Shown: positions 24,796 through 37,979, counted from the stretch's first letter. The stretch is DNA of 64,000 bases from Octopus vulgaris (GCA_951406725.2 OX597814.1:214644001-214708000), one strand, 5' to 3'. The notes: a model not told the origin generated them from the sequence alone. Numbers and translations are program-made.

Positions 24796-25317
24796 CCCTT
24801 TAGCATTTAAACCAGCCATAACTGGCCCAAATATTGTTTCATGTTTAAAATGGCCAAATCTGGCCCCTCACACTTACCCTACATTGTCATTCTAAAAATA
24901 AACAATCACATTCGAGCGAGGTCATTGCCAGTGCCGCTGGACTGGTTCCTGTGCAGGTGGCACATAAAAAGCACCATTTGAGCATGGCCATTGCCAGTAC
25001 TGCCTGACTGGCCCTCAGGCCAGTGGCACGTAAAAGCACACACTACACTCTCAGAGTGGTTGGCGTTAGGAAGGGCATCCAGTTGTAGAAACTCTGCCAG
25101 ATCAAGATTGGAGCCTGGTACAGCCATCTGGCTTGCCAGACCTCAGTCAAATCGTCCAACCCATGCTAGCATGGAAAGCGGATGTTAAAAGATGATGATG
25201 ATGATGATGATGATGATGATATAATCAAACTCTTGAAGTTACAAGATAATGCATGATTAATTTAAAACAACATGAATGAATAAGAATTCCATTCAGCATA
25301 TTCTGAATGCTAAAGGG
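24796..25317. mobile_element. piggyBac-type MITE (P1) split by an RTE 3' end (24908-25220)
   Basis: ccctttagcattt...aatgctaaaggg; the two halves match 12744-12964. Confidence 0.8.
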
Positions 25318-26167
25318 TACTACCTGGGAGTTATGGTAATTAAGGAGTTTGTTACTGTTAAATAGTCTCTGTCAGATATTTCTAATGAGCTTATGATACA
25401 AGCATAACCTTGGAGTTATGGTAATTAAGGAGTGACTCTATACTCTCCATGACTCCAGAACTCCTGAACTGGAGACTCACCCCTGAATGCAGTTTAATGT
25501 TATGTGTTTAGTGTTGATTATTGGAAAAAAAGAGTACTCAGTACCATAGTAGAGATTGATGATATATTTTATTTTGGTAGAGTGAGGGTCCTCAGGTGAG
25601 TCATGACTGAAAAATGATGGAATGTGTACGTTTATTTATAGGGTGTGAAAGTGGAGAGAAAATATCATAGAGGGAGAAAAAGAAGAAAGAAAGAAGAGAT
25701 AAGAGAAGAAAAAGAGGAAAAAGAAATGAAAGTGAAGAAGAAGAAAGATAAAGGAGAAAAGGAAGAAAGAAGGAATAAGAAGAGAATTGGAAGCAGAAGA
25801 CAAAATGGATGGAGATAGTGGGGAATGATGTGGAGTGGGCAGGAATTTGAATGGTCAAAGACTGTAACGGAAAAATTCATTCAATGGCAAACTTGCAGAT
25901 AAGAAGAACAATGAACTTTAGAACTAGTGACATTTAAGAGCAGAAATAAAAGAATGAAAGAATAAATAAATAGATGAATAACTGACATGAAAGTAAAATG
26001 AGTAGGGGTGGTGTTTATTTAAAGGAATGATCAAAGATGAGGTGTTAGCAATTGAAGTAATAGCGAGTTAACAAAATTTGGAATAATATATATAAAATAT
26101 ATAAAGAGAAATAAATGAAGATATATACTGAGGAATATTGGAAAACATATTGAGGAAATATTAAAAA

Positions 26168-26216
26168 CTTGCCTAAAGACCCTGTGCACCAAACAGGTGA
26201 AACTCAGAGTAACAAG
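26168..26216 (+). ncRNA. Decayed type I HHR motif
   Basis: cttgc CTAAAGA c-cctgt-gcaccaa-acagg-t GAAA ctcagag TA acaag; G5 is A. Confidence 0.55.
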
Positions 26217-26249
26217 AGTCTAGATAAAATATAATAATATAATAATAAT

Positions 26250-26607
26250 GAAATTATTGTATACAGTGCTCAGGTGCCCCACAACTTGTGAAAAGTGTGT
26301 ATAAAGCATATGCATTAATGTACAAATGTCTGGGAAGTGAACAGTGTATGAGTCAGATACATGTTTGCGTGTGTATGGAGGGGAGAAAATCAGGTGTAGT
26401 GTTGGCAAATCTCAGGAAGCATGGAAGTTTTGAAGGATGCAGTGCTCCGACAACTAACAACTGATGCCAGCAGTTTGTTCCATGCTTCAGCAACTCTTAG
26501 TGTGAAAAAATGTTTCCTAAAGTCATGGGAGCTGTGCTGTTTTCTGACTTTGTAAACATGTCCACGGGTGTTAGACAGATGGAGTTTGAAAAGGTGCTCA
26601 GAGTTAT
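26250..26607 (-). mobile_element. CR1-clade LINE 3' end
   Basis: Minus strand NTRGHVYKVRKQHSSHDFRKHFFTLRVAEAWNKL..SVV....SFK, the typical CR1 ORF2 end. Confidence 0.85.
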
Positions 26608-26781
26608 AGTAAAATAAAATAACATGTTTGAGTGTGTGTGTGTGTGAGTTGATTGAATCTACTCAAACCCAGTAAAAGTTACGAGTGGTATCCTTTGTGC
26701 ACCTGTACTGGGCCTACTTCTCTTCCTAAGTATGCATAAATAACATCACAAAAGTCATCAAACACAGTTGAACAAAAATAT

Positions 26782-27155
26782 AGGTGTTGGAGTGGCTGTG
26801 TGGTAAGTAGCTTGCTTACGAACCACATGGTTGAGTCCCACTGCGTGGCACCTTGGGCAAGTGTCTTTTACTTTGGCCAACCAAAGCCTTGTGAATGGAT
26901 TTGGTAGACGGAAACTGAAAGAAGCCCTTCGTATATATGTATGTGTGTGTGTGTATATGTTTGTCCCCACCCAACATCGCATGACAACTGATGGTGGTGT
27001 GGTTACGTGCCCATAATTTAGCAGTTCTGCAAAAAGAGACCGATAGAATAAGTACTAGGCTTACAAAGAATAAGTCTTGGGGTCGATTTTCTTGACTAAA
27101 GGTGGTGCTGCAGCATGGCCACAGTCAAATGACTAAAACAAGTAAAAGAGTGAAG
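26782..27155 (+). mobile_element. SINE family A
   Basis: Near full-length match. Confidence 0.88.
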
Positions 27156-27239
27156 AGCGACTCTATGTTTCAGAAAGTTATCAATGAAAAAAAAATTTTT
27201 AAAATGATTGAATAAAACTCCATTCCAATCTGAATGTTG

Positions 27240-27530
27240 TAAGATAATGGACTGAAATGGAAAGATATTCTAAATAAGGGAAACTTTGAATTCATGCACT
27301 TTGGAAAATAAGATGTGTGTAAACAACCATGTTCTCTTCTTACAGGAGAATTGCTCATGGCTAAGAGCAATTGTTAATGACAACATCAGTTAGAGTGCCT
27401 ACATCAATAATAAAGTCAATATGGCTTGCAGGACAAGCTCCTGGATCCTCAGAAGTTTTCCATTTCAGAGATGTTATCACCATTCTCTTTTTTTTCCTTT
27501 GTACTGTGACAACTGGGATATTTTTGCTTC
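27240..27530 (+). pseudogene. Decayed CR1-type RT C-terminal fragment
   Basis: NFEFMHFGK...SAYINNKV..A..TSSWILR; resembles 36642-36830. Confidence 0.45.
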
Positions 27531-27639
27531 TTAAGGTTTCCCCATACTAAACGCAACATCATGAGAACCGAGGTGCCTCGGAGGGTAAGTACAAAATGGG
27601 AAAATAAGGGAATGAAAGGGAATGACAAAAGAGACAAAA

Positions 27640-28300
27640 GGACTGATTCTTGATGTTCAAGAACAAACTTTATGAACCAACTCAATCGTGTGTAGCATTG
27701 ATAAGACAGTAGTAACACCTTTATGGAGACTACATGAAAAATCATCTGAGACTGTTAGACATAATTAGCGGATGATCAAAACTGGCACAAAAGGAGTACG
27801 AAAAGTGGCAGTGCAAATACACTGGGAATTGTGCAAGAAATATGGGTTAGAATGTTCCAACAAGTGGTATGTGCACCAAGCTTTGCCAGTAGCAGAGAAT
27901 TATCTGTTGGAACTCACATAGGATATGGCAATCTACACAGATAAGAGGCTGCAACATAACCAACCAGATATCACTCTTCTTTGGAAGGAGTCCAAAGAAT
28001 GGACCTTCATCAATATAGCTATACCTGCTAACCAGAATACTGTGAAGACCAAGGAGGAGAAAGTCAGGAAGTACACAAGACCTAGTATTGAAGTGGAATG
28101 CATCCATAGAGCTTCTAAAGTGATTGTGGTACCTATTGTAATTGGTGCAGTTGGGACCATCTCAAAGAAAGCAATATTCTGGCATCAAAAGCAGCAAATA
28201 CCAAACTTTATAGGATGTACTTTGTTGGCAGCAATACTTGGAGCAGCTCAGGTGTTGCATCTCTAAGCTGTGGGATGGAGCTGAGAGGTGACAGGAGAAG
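27640..28300 (+). pseudogene. Decayed R4/Dong-type LINE restriction-like endonuclease region
   Basis: IYTDKRLQHNQPDI...FINIAIP...KEEKVRKY...VVPIVIGAVG. Confidence 0.75.
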
Positions 28301-28334
28301 TTAGGATAAAGAAAATGATTTTATTCATAATAAT

Positions 28335-28548
28335 GGTTTCAAATTTTGGCAAAGGGCCAACAGTTTGTGTGGGGAGAAGGAAGTCGATTACATTGACCTC
28401 AGTATTTGAGTGGTACTTATTTTATTGATTCCAAATGGATGAAAGGTAAAGCTGACCTCAGCAAAAATTGAAACCAAAACATAAAGACAGATGAAATGCC
28501 ACTAAGTATTTTGGCTGGTGGGCTAATAGTTCTGCCAGCTCATCACCT
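28335..28548 (-). mobile_element. SINE family B (diverged)
   Basis: Family B core. Confidence 0.7.
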
Positions 28549-28550
28549 TA

Positions 28551-28551
<1 letters not shown>

Positions 28552-28617
<66 letters not shown>

Positions 28618-28659
28618 TAATGATAATAATAATAATAATAATGATAATAATAATAATAA

Positions 28660-28707
<48 letters not shown>

Positions 28708-28773
28708 TGATAAATAATGATGATAATAAAAATGATAATAATAATAATAATGATAATAATAATGATAATAATG

Positions 28774-28804
<31 letters not shown>

Positions 28805-28809
28805 AAATG

Positions 28810-28860
<51 letters not shown>
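28552..28860. repeat. (TAA)n microsatellite
   Basis: Direct reading. Confidence 0.95.
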
Positions 28861-28861
<1 letters not shown>

Positions 28862-29860
28862 GCTGACAAATACAAACAAGAAATCATACCACCTAATAAA
28901 CACAAAGAAGAAGAAGAAGATGATGAAGAAACAACAAAAGCTATAAAACAAATGAAATCCAAACTAAAAATAGAACAGCAACGAGCCATGATAAAACGAT
29001 GGCAAGAAAAACCCCTTCATGGTAAATACTGCACCAAACTAAACGCAAAAGAAATAGACAAAGAAAGATCCCAGCAATGGTTGAGAAGCTCAGGACTCAA
29101 AACAGAAACAGAGGGATTTTTAATTGCAGCACAAGACCACAGCCTCCCCACCAGAAATTACCAAAAACATGTAATGAAAAGAAATATTACAAGTAACTGC
29201 AGAATATGTGGAGATGGACAAGAAACAATAAATCATATTATCTCTAGCTGCCCAGTCCTGGCTAAGAAGGAATATATTCACAGACATGACAGAGTTGGAA
29301 CCTACATACATTGGAAGCTATGCCAACATTATGGAATAACAACAGAAAAAAGATGGTATAGGCACACACCAGAAAAGGCCACAGAAAACGAGAAAGCAAC
29401 CATACTCTGGGATATGCCGATACATACAGATAGAGAAATTAAGGCCAACAGACCAGATATAGTTGTCAGAGATCATGAAGAAAAAAATGCTTTCTAATTG
29501 ATGTATCAATACCGGCAGATGACAACGTGTCTCTAAAAGAAATGGAGAAACTCTCAAAATACAAAGACCTGGAAATAGAGGTAACTAGAATGTGGAACCT
29601 GAAAACAGAAACAATTCCTATTATAGTAGGTGCATTAGGCATGATAGAAAAATATTCAGACAAATACATAACAAAAACACCAGGACTTACAAACACATAT
29701 AACATACAGAAAATTGCACTATTAGATACTGCACACATCCTACGCAGAACACTTTCCATACAATAACCATCAGAGCATCACAACAAATCACAGCACATAC
29801 CCAAGGCACACAGAGCTGCGCTCGGTAGTGAAGTGAAAGCACGCTATAAAAATAAAACTA

Positions 29861-29864
<4 letters not shown>
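28861..29864 (+). mobile_element. 5'-truncated R4/Dong-clade non-LTR retrotransposon in (TAA)n
   Basis: Flanked by (TAA)n on both sides; ORF plus ~100-bp 3' UTR. Confidence 0.88.
28952..29766 (+). pseudogene. R4-type ORF C-terminus: CCHC knuckle and PD-(D/E)xK restriction-like endonuclease, one frameshift near 29485
   Basis: KPLHG...ETEGFLIAAQD...CRICG..ETINHIISSC...YIHRHDRV...RPDIVV / LIDVSIP...KEMEKLSKYKDL...PIIVGALG. Confidence 0.9.
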
Positions 29865-29919
<55 letters not shown>

Positions 29920-30172
29920 TAATAATAATAATAATAATAATAACAATATTTTTTACTTTTTATTTATTTTTAAATTTTTTTTATTTTTATGTATTAGACA
30001 TTCACTAGTACAACACCAAAAAAAAACCCCAAAAAAACCCAAATATGTGGCACAGAACTTCCAATCTGTTGTCTCTTGAGGTCTCTGGGTGAGACTTGGA
30101 GCCAACTTGTACAGACATAAAGCAAAAGTCAAACATAGAATAATAATAATGATAATAATAATAATAATAATA

Positions 30173-30381
30173 TTCCTTTCTATTATAAGCATAAAGAGCC
30201 GTGAAGTTTTATGGGAGGAGCTAGCCAATTACATCAATCCCAGAATTTCACTGCTACTTAATTTATCGGCCCCCCAAAAGGATGAAAGGCAAAGTTGACC
30301 TTGGCAGAATTTGAACTCAGAACGTAGCATTGGGTGAAATACCACTAAGCATTTCGTCCAGCATGCTAGCAATTCTGCCAA
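30173..30381 (-). mobile_element. SINE family B
   Basis: Family B core. Confidence 0.75.
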
Positions 30382-30412
<31 letters not shown>

Positions 30413-30415
30413 TTT

Positions 30416-30454
<39 letters not shown>

Positions 30455-30939
30455 GTATGTGTGTATGTATTTATGAATGTATACAATTTTCTAAATAGCT
30501 ATTTGCATTTCTTCAGACTATGTCTCAGGCATTGACTGAAAAATTGCACATGGGTACATATATATGTTTTAGTGTGTGTGTCTTTGTGTTTTGCATCTGT
30601 GCACCACCGTTTGACAGCTTTCGTTTGTGCTCCTGCAATTTAGCAGTTCGGCAAACGAGACTGATAGAATAAGTATCAAACTTAAAAACAAATACTAGTG
30701 TTGATTTTTGAGTGATTAAATCCTTCAGAGCTGTGCCTCAACACAGCTGCAGCTTGGTGACTGGAACAAGTAACAGTACGAATGAATAAGAGAATATTTA
30801 TATATATCTTCATCGTTGCTACCATCATTTTATATCTGATTTTTCCATGCTGGCATGATGGACAGGTCTCAATGTCATACTAACTTTGACTTCCTTTATC
30901 ATGGACTGTTGTCATCTGGCACATATAACCGAAAAAATT

Positions 30940-31538
30940 TAGTCAACCTTGTGGTTAGACCATAGCCAGTGCCAGGCCGTAGCCAGCGCCGCCCGACTGA
31001 CCTCCGTGCTGGTGGCATGTAAAAAGCACCATCCGACCGTGGCCGTTTGCTAGCTTTGTCTGGTCCCTGTGCCAGTGGCACGTAAAAAGCACCATCCGAT
31101 CGTGGCCGTTTGCCAGCCTTGTTTGGCACCTGTGCCGGTGGCACGTAAAAAGCACCATCCGATCGTGGCCGTTTGCCAGCCTCGTCTGGCACCTGTGCCG
31201 GTGGCACGTAAAAAGCACCATCCGATCGTGGCCATTTGCCAGCCTCGTCTGGCACGTAAAAAGCACCATCTGACCGTGACCATTGCCAGCTTTGTCTTGT
31301 CCCCGTGCTGGTGGCACGTAAAAAGCACCATCCGATCGTGGTCGTTTGCCAGCCTCGTCTGGCACCTGTGCGGGTGGCACGTAAAAAGCACCCACTACAC
31401 TCACAGAGTGGTTGGCGATAGGAAGGGCATCCAGCTGTAGAAACACTGCCAGATCAGACTGGGCCTGGTGCAGCCTTCTGGCTTCCCAGACTCCAGTTGA
31501 ACCGTCCAACCCATGCCAGCATCATAAGCGGATGTTAA

Positions 31539-31573
<35 letters not shown>
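30940..31573 (+). mobile_element. RTE 3' UTR with seven tandem ~63-bp units and (GAT)n tail
   Basis: taaaaagcacc recurs at 31020, 31083, 31146, 31209, 31257, 31319 and 31382. Confidence 0.88.
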
Positions 31574-31574
<1 letters not shown>

Positions 31575-31919
31575 TGGAGGTTAGAAACTGCATTGCAGCT
31601 TGGATTGAGTGCATTTCATTACACAACCTGCACTAAAATGGCTATCATTATAAAATTTGAAGAGACCCTCTCTACTGTTCATTATCTCTGTTCTATTGTT
31701 CATTGGTCCTAGGTAAATTGTCATATTTCTGACAAGGCTGGAAAAACCCCTTCTTTTCACTGTGTCTGCTAATTTGTTCCATTCTGTTTTTTCATTGTTG
31801 CATGCCCTTCTTACAACAGATCATTTTGCACTGTGAAGAGGGTGCATCATTAAGTAAACTGTCAGCAACTGGATTAAAGAGATCCTTCTGTTTTGTATTA
31901 GACTTTTGTATTACTACTC

Positions 31920-32392
31920 ATAAAATCGAAATCAAATTCGATGACCGGCATCCGTGCTAGAGCACCATCTGAACGTGATCATTGCCAGAGCGGCTAACTG
32001 GTTTCCGTGCCGGTGGCACGTAAAAAGCATCATTCAAGCATGATCGTTACTGGTGTCACCTTACTGGCACTTGTGTGGGTAGCACGTGAAAAAACATTCG
32101 AGTGAGGTCATTGCCAGTGCCGCAGGACTGGCTCCTGTGCAGGTAGCATGTAAAAAACACCATTTGAGCATGGCTGTTGGCAGTACCGCCTGTCTGACCC
32201 TTGTGCCAGTTGCACGTAGAAGCATCCACTACACTCTCGGAGTGGTTGGCGTTAGGAAGAGCATCTAGCTGTAGAAACTCTGCCAGATCAAGATTGGAGC
32301 CTGGTGCAGCCATCTGGTTTGCCAGTCCTCAGTCAAATCGTCCAACCCATGCTAGCATGGAAAGTGGACGTTAAACGATGATGATGATGATG
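31920..32392 (+). mobile_element. RTE 3' UTR fragment
   Basis: Same UTR units and tail. Confidence 0.85.
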
Positions 32393-32697
32393 GTGAAGTT
32401 AGGAAGGGTGTTCAACGTTTCATGATGGTTGCCTTCATTACAGCTGTGATCTCATGTACCTCCATGTTGTACAGAGGAGTTTAACTACCAAAAGGTTCAT
32501 AGCAGCTGCTTAAGACAATTGGGTATAAAAGTTGTCTGTTCTGTAGGTGAGTAGGGGTAACAAGTTTTAAATGGGGTAATAGAAAGTGAAGCTGTCTCCA
32601 TGGTGCTTAACCAGATAGCCTAAAAGTTTGAATATACTTGTGGGGATGGAGATGGCAGGGTATGGGTACTCAGCCGTGCAAAATAACTTTTGTTAGG

Positions 32698-32753
32698 CAT
32701 TCATACATACACACATATATACATACATACATACATATATACATATATACATT

Positions 32754-32785
<32 letters not shown>

Positions 32786-33100
32786 CATACATACGTACAT
32801 ACATATATATACATTCATACATACATGCATACATACATACATACGCACATACATACATACATACGTACATACATATATATACATTCATACATACATACAT
32901 TCATACATACATACATACATTCATACATACATACATACATTCATACATACATACATACATATATACATTCATACATACATACAGACATACATACATACAT
33001 ACATACATACATACATTCATACATACATACATACATACATACATACATACATACAGACATACATACAGACATACATACATACTCACATACACACATGTCT
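32698..33100. repeat. (CATA)n microsatellite
   Basis: Direct reading. Confidence 0.95.
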
Positions 33101-33210
33101 ATATGAGATAACAAAGGAAAAAACAGCTGTCTTATGAATTTCATTAGCTTATATATGTATATATATGAAAGTGAGTGTGTGTATATGCATATACTGTATA
33201 TGAGTGTGTG

Positions 33211-33255
<45 letters not shown>

Positions 33256-34368
33256 CATGCACACACACATGCACGCGCACACACACATGTATATAATGAA
33301 GGTCTTATGGAATGGAAATTAATGTGAAGAAAATGAAAATCAAAGGGAATCAGCAAGTTACAACTGTCACCAACTGAAAAGAGACCAACAATAATATACC
33401 TGAGATAAACATAATAGAAAAATGGGGAAATGTGAAACAGAAAAAAAGATGTGAGATAGAAGAAGGCAGTGGAAATCATCATCATCATCATCATCATCAT
33501 TGAGCGTCCGCTTTCCATGCTAGCATGGGTTGGAGGGTTCAACTGGGGTCTGGGAAGCTGGAAGGCTTCGTCAGGCCCAGTCAGATCTTTAACATCAACA
33601 AACATTAATATAGCAACCATGTAAAGATTTATTTAAGGAGTTACGTATGGCCCTCAGTCAAACCATCCAACCCATGACAGCATGGAAAGCAGACGTTAAA
33701 TGATGACAACGATAATGATTATGATGAAATAGAAATTGAACTGACATCATTCAATTAAAGCCTAAAAGAAAAGAAAAATAGTAGACATGCATTTCGTGTG
33801 TGTGTGTATATACATATATATATATATATACATGTACATACATTTATATATTAGTACACACACAAACACACATGTAAATGTATCTATCTGTAAAACACGA
33901 ATAAGATGCTACAGGAAGTAAAAAGAAAAATAATTGTAGCCTCTTTCATCTAAGCATCTCAATATCAACTCTCGTTAGCACTCCTCAACTCATATGCAAA
34001 AAAAAAAGTTCTGTGTGGAGTTAATTACTGTTGATGCTATGAAAATAATACCGTAATGACATGGTTCTGTAAGTGTTAGGACTTCCAGGGCTAAACCTCT
34101 TAACGATATGCCAAAAATTATTAAAATAAATGAAACCATCTTTGAATAACATAACTGACCTCACGTTATTGCCATATCACTATTAAAACTCCAATTAGTA
34201 AGTGGCAAGGAAGCAACATACACACACACACACACACACATAAACACACACATACATAAACATGCACACACATAAACACGCACTCATAAACATGCACACA
34301 CAAATATATATATATTTCTCCCTCTCTCTCTCTCTCTTTCTATGCATGTACATATACATACATATATT

Positions 34369-34431
<63 letters not shown>

Positions 34432-34444
34432 ATATATATATATT

Positions 34445-34490
<46 letters not shown>

Positions 34491-34506
34491 AATATATGTA
34501 TGTATA

Positions 34507-34537
<31 letters not shown>

Positions 34538-34543
34538 TTACAT

Positions 34544-34960
34544 AGGCGTAGGAGTGGCTGTGTGGTAAGTAGCTTGTTTACCAACTACATGGTTCCGGGT
34601 TCAGTCCCACTGCGTGGCACCTTGGGCAAGTGTCTTCTATTATAGTCTCGGGCCGACCAAAGCCTTGTGAGTGGATTTGGTAGACGGAAACTGAAAGAAG
34701 CCTGTCGTGTATATGTATATATATATATATATATGTATGTGTGTATGTGTTTGTGTGTCTGTGTTTGTCCCCCTAGCATTGCTTGACAACCGATGCTGGT
34801 GTGTTTACCCCCCGTCACTTAGCGGTTCGGCAAAAGAGGCCGATAGAATAAGTACTGGGCTTACAAAGAATAAGTCCCGGGGTTGATTTGCTTGACTAAA
34901 GGCGGTGCTCCAGCATGGCCACAGTCAAATGACTGAAACAAGTAAAAGAGTAAAGAGTAG
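34544..34960 (+). mobile_element. SINE family A (extra tail copy at 35063-35180)
   Basis: Full length: ggcgtaggagtggctgtgtgg...aagtaaaagagtaaagag. Confidence 0.92.
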
Positions 34961-35036
34961 AATAATATGCATGTATATATATATACATATATAAAGAAAT
35001 ATATATAAATAAATAAATATATATATATATACATAC

Positions 35037-35067
<31 letters not shown>

Positions 35068-35695
35068 TAGAATCAGTACTAGGCTTACAAAGAATAAGTC
35101 CTGGAGTTGATTTGTTTGACTAAAAGCGGTGCTCCAGCATGGCTGCAGTCAAATGACTGAAACAAGTAAAAGAATAAAAGAATATATATATCTATATGTG
35201 TGTATATTTATATGTGTGTGTATGTATAAGTCTGTATATGCATGCATGTCTGTGTGTCTGTGTGTTTGTTTACATTTGTGACTTAGTTTGGAAGTGTGAC
35301 AGGTGTTATTGTCAGTTTCTGTTGTCAACAAATGGCTTCATCACTTTGTGCTTTTGAAGCTAAGTGGAATAAGATGCACCTTAATTGTAAAGCAGATAAA
35401 GTCTAGCATCTCGAAGAGCATCTGGCTGTAAAATAATGCCTCAAATAACATATTTGACCGACCGAGGCAAGCAGGCAAAAAATTGGTGTAAAAATGAGCA
35501 AATTAATGAATACTATACATAGATATGCATATACCCATATATAGAGAATGTGTATGTATGTGTGTGTGTGTATGCATGTATATATGTGTATATGTGTGTA
35601 TATAGTGTATGTAAGTGTGTCTGTATATGTATATATATATGTGTGTATATATATAGAGAGAGAGAGAGAAAGAGAGAGCGAGAGAGAGAGTAAGA

Positions 35696-35908
35696 GAGGG
35701 TGTTCATAAATTATCTTTACAGCTTCCACAATTTATTGTATTTATTAAATATTAGATCCATCAATCAACTTGTTTTGCTGGAGCCCATGTAAAAGTGTTT
35801 TGATATTTCTAAAAAGTCTTTGTTTTCCAATAAATTCTGCTGACTTATAATTATTTTTCCTTTTTTTCTGAATTTTCCATTTTGTAAAGGTAATTTATGG
35901 ACACCTTG
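35696..35908. mobile_element. Tc1/mariner-type MITE
   Basis: TIRs agggtgttcataaattatctttaca and tgtaaaggtaatttatggacacctt followed by gTA. Confidence 0.7.
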
Positions 35909-35974
35909 TATGTTTGTATATACATATATGTATATATATATAATAAATATATATATATATATATATATAAACTT

Positions 35975-36830
35975 GGATATGCCTTGACCAAAGACGGGTC
36001 CAGGCCATGTCTAACTTAGTAGCACCACCTGATAGGATTATCTAAATCCTGTTTAAGTCAAGTTTTGTTTATGGTCCATTCAAGTAGTGAGTTCTTGTTG
36101 AGTGAGTTGTATCTAGGTATGGGTGGCTTATCTGGTATTCCTTGAAGAAATCTGTCCAGACTCCGTTTAAAGATGATGGGATCCTTTTCCTCTTTGATAT
36201 CTTTCGGGACAATGTTAAACAGAGCAAGGCCAGTTGAGGAAAAGAAATTATGTCGCAGTGTACCTATATGCTGTGATCCTGAATTGGGCAGGGGACGTAT
36301 GGCCCGTGGTCCCAGTCTTGGATGAACCTTGAAACTGTTCAGGTTGTTTGGGAAATGCTGGTGGTATATTCTCCACATCGTACAAATGATGTACCGCTCA
36401 CGGCGATGCTGGAGAGAGTAGAGTTTCAAGGCTTTAACCCTTTCATTACCAACCTGGCCAAAACCGCCTCTGGCTTTGAGTAACAAATGCCTTGTTTTCA
36501 TAAGTTTTGAATTAAAATCTTCCACCAAACCTTAGTAACAATTTATGTTTCTAACACTAGCTGAATGATAACTAAGTTATTTTACTAAATTCTAAAGAAA
36601 CACAGAACATCTCAAAATAAATACAGTAACGAAAGGGTTAAGGCGATCCCAATAATCAAGAGCAGCCATGCCTTCAATTTGTTTAGTGAGTACCCTCTGG
36701 AGTGATTCAATCCTCGAGATGTTTTGTTTTGTACAGGGAGACCACAAGGGGTAGCAGTATTTGAGGTGTGGCTGTACAAAGGAGAAAAATGGAATGATGA
36801 CACCTTGTTCTCTGGACCGGAAGGTTCTTA
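35975..36830 (-). mobile_element. CR1-group LINE 3' end interrupted by a piggyBac MITE
   Basis: VQPHLKYCYPLWSP...IESLQRVLTKQIEGMAALDYWDR|LKALKLYSLQHRRERYII...FKRSLDRFL; stop at 36058. Confidence 0.88.
36438..36637. mobile_element. piggyBac-type MITE (family P2)
   Basis: TTAA|ccctttcattac...gtaacgaaaggg|TTAA; excision restores the LINE reading frame. Confidence 0.9.
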
Positions 36831-36867
36831 AGATCTATGAACTATATTGACCTTATGCATGTATACA

Positions 36868-36973
<106 letters not shown>

Positions 36974-37079
36974 TATATATATGTATGCATATGATTATAT
37001 ATATATATATATAAATGGTAGTTGATAGCTTAGTAGTTAGGGTGGTGGGACCAAAATAAATTATGTTCTTGAGCAAGGT

Positions 37080-37492
37080 AGGCGTAGGAGTGGCTGTGTG
37101 GTAAGTAGCTTGCTTACCGACCATATGGTTCCGGGTTCATTCCCACTGCGTTGCACCTTGAGCAAGTATCTTCTACTATAGCCTCGGGCCAACCAAAGCC
37201 TTGTGAGTGGATTTGGTAGATGGAAACTGAAAGAAGCCCATTGTATATATGTATATATACATATGTATGTGTGTATTTGTTTATGTGTCTGTGTTTGTCC
37301 CCACACCATTACTTCACAATCAATAGTGGTGTATTTACATCCCTATACATTACCGGTTCAGCAAAAGAGACTGATAGAAATAAGTACTAGTCTTACAAAG
37401 AATAAGTCCTGGGGTCGATTTGCTTGAATAAGGGGGTGCTCCAGCATGGCCGCAGTCAAATGACTGAAACAAGTAAAGGAGTAAAAGAGTAA
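37080..37492 (+). mobile_element. SINE family A
   Basis: Full-length match. Confidence 0.9.
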
Positions 37493-37979
37493 GGTACTTC
37501 ATTCCATAGGCAGTAGCAGCAGCTGCAGGGGTGGTTAACCCGGCAATAGCCTGCCGTCCCCTCCTGTGTAAGGTCTTGTACTTAGTGTTGTTTCACTCTC
37601 AGAAACCAAATTAAGCTCCTGTTTAATGAGCCTGTGTGCTTCAGAATGATTTCGACACACACACATACACACACACACACACACACACATACACACACAC
37701 ACACGTGCGTGCAGGCATCCAAACACACACACATTTCTTTTTTTAGAATAGTGAATTTTCAAAAACATCACAAAGGGCTATAAATAGTAGCAAGTAAAAT
37801 ATTGGGTTGGAAAACCCTTTTGAATAGAAAAAAAGGTTCAACGCTGCCTTGTGGGACCTAAACCCACATCTGTGGTAACTATCACATACAGTTCCCCCCT
37901 CCTCACATAAATGTACACACACACACACACACACGCAACAGAATTATTCCCATTTAACATAATCAATGTTATCTGATGT

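Noticed and set aside
30478-30520. Minus-strand CTGAAGA...GAAA...GTA
   Set aside because: No helix I and poor stem II closure; expected by chance in AT-rich DNA.
31005-31392. CRISPR-like regular repeats
   Set aside because: The inter-repeat segments are themselves homologous, there are no cas genes, and the array is the 3' UTR of a eukaryotic RTE LINE.
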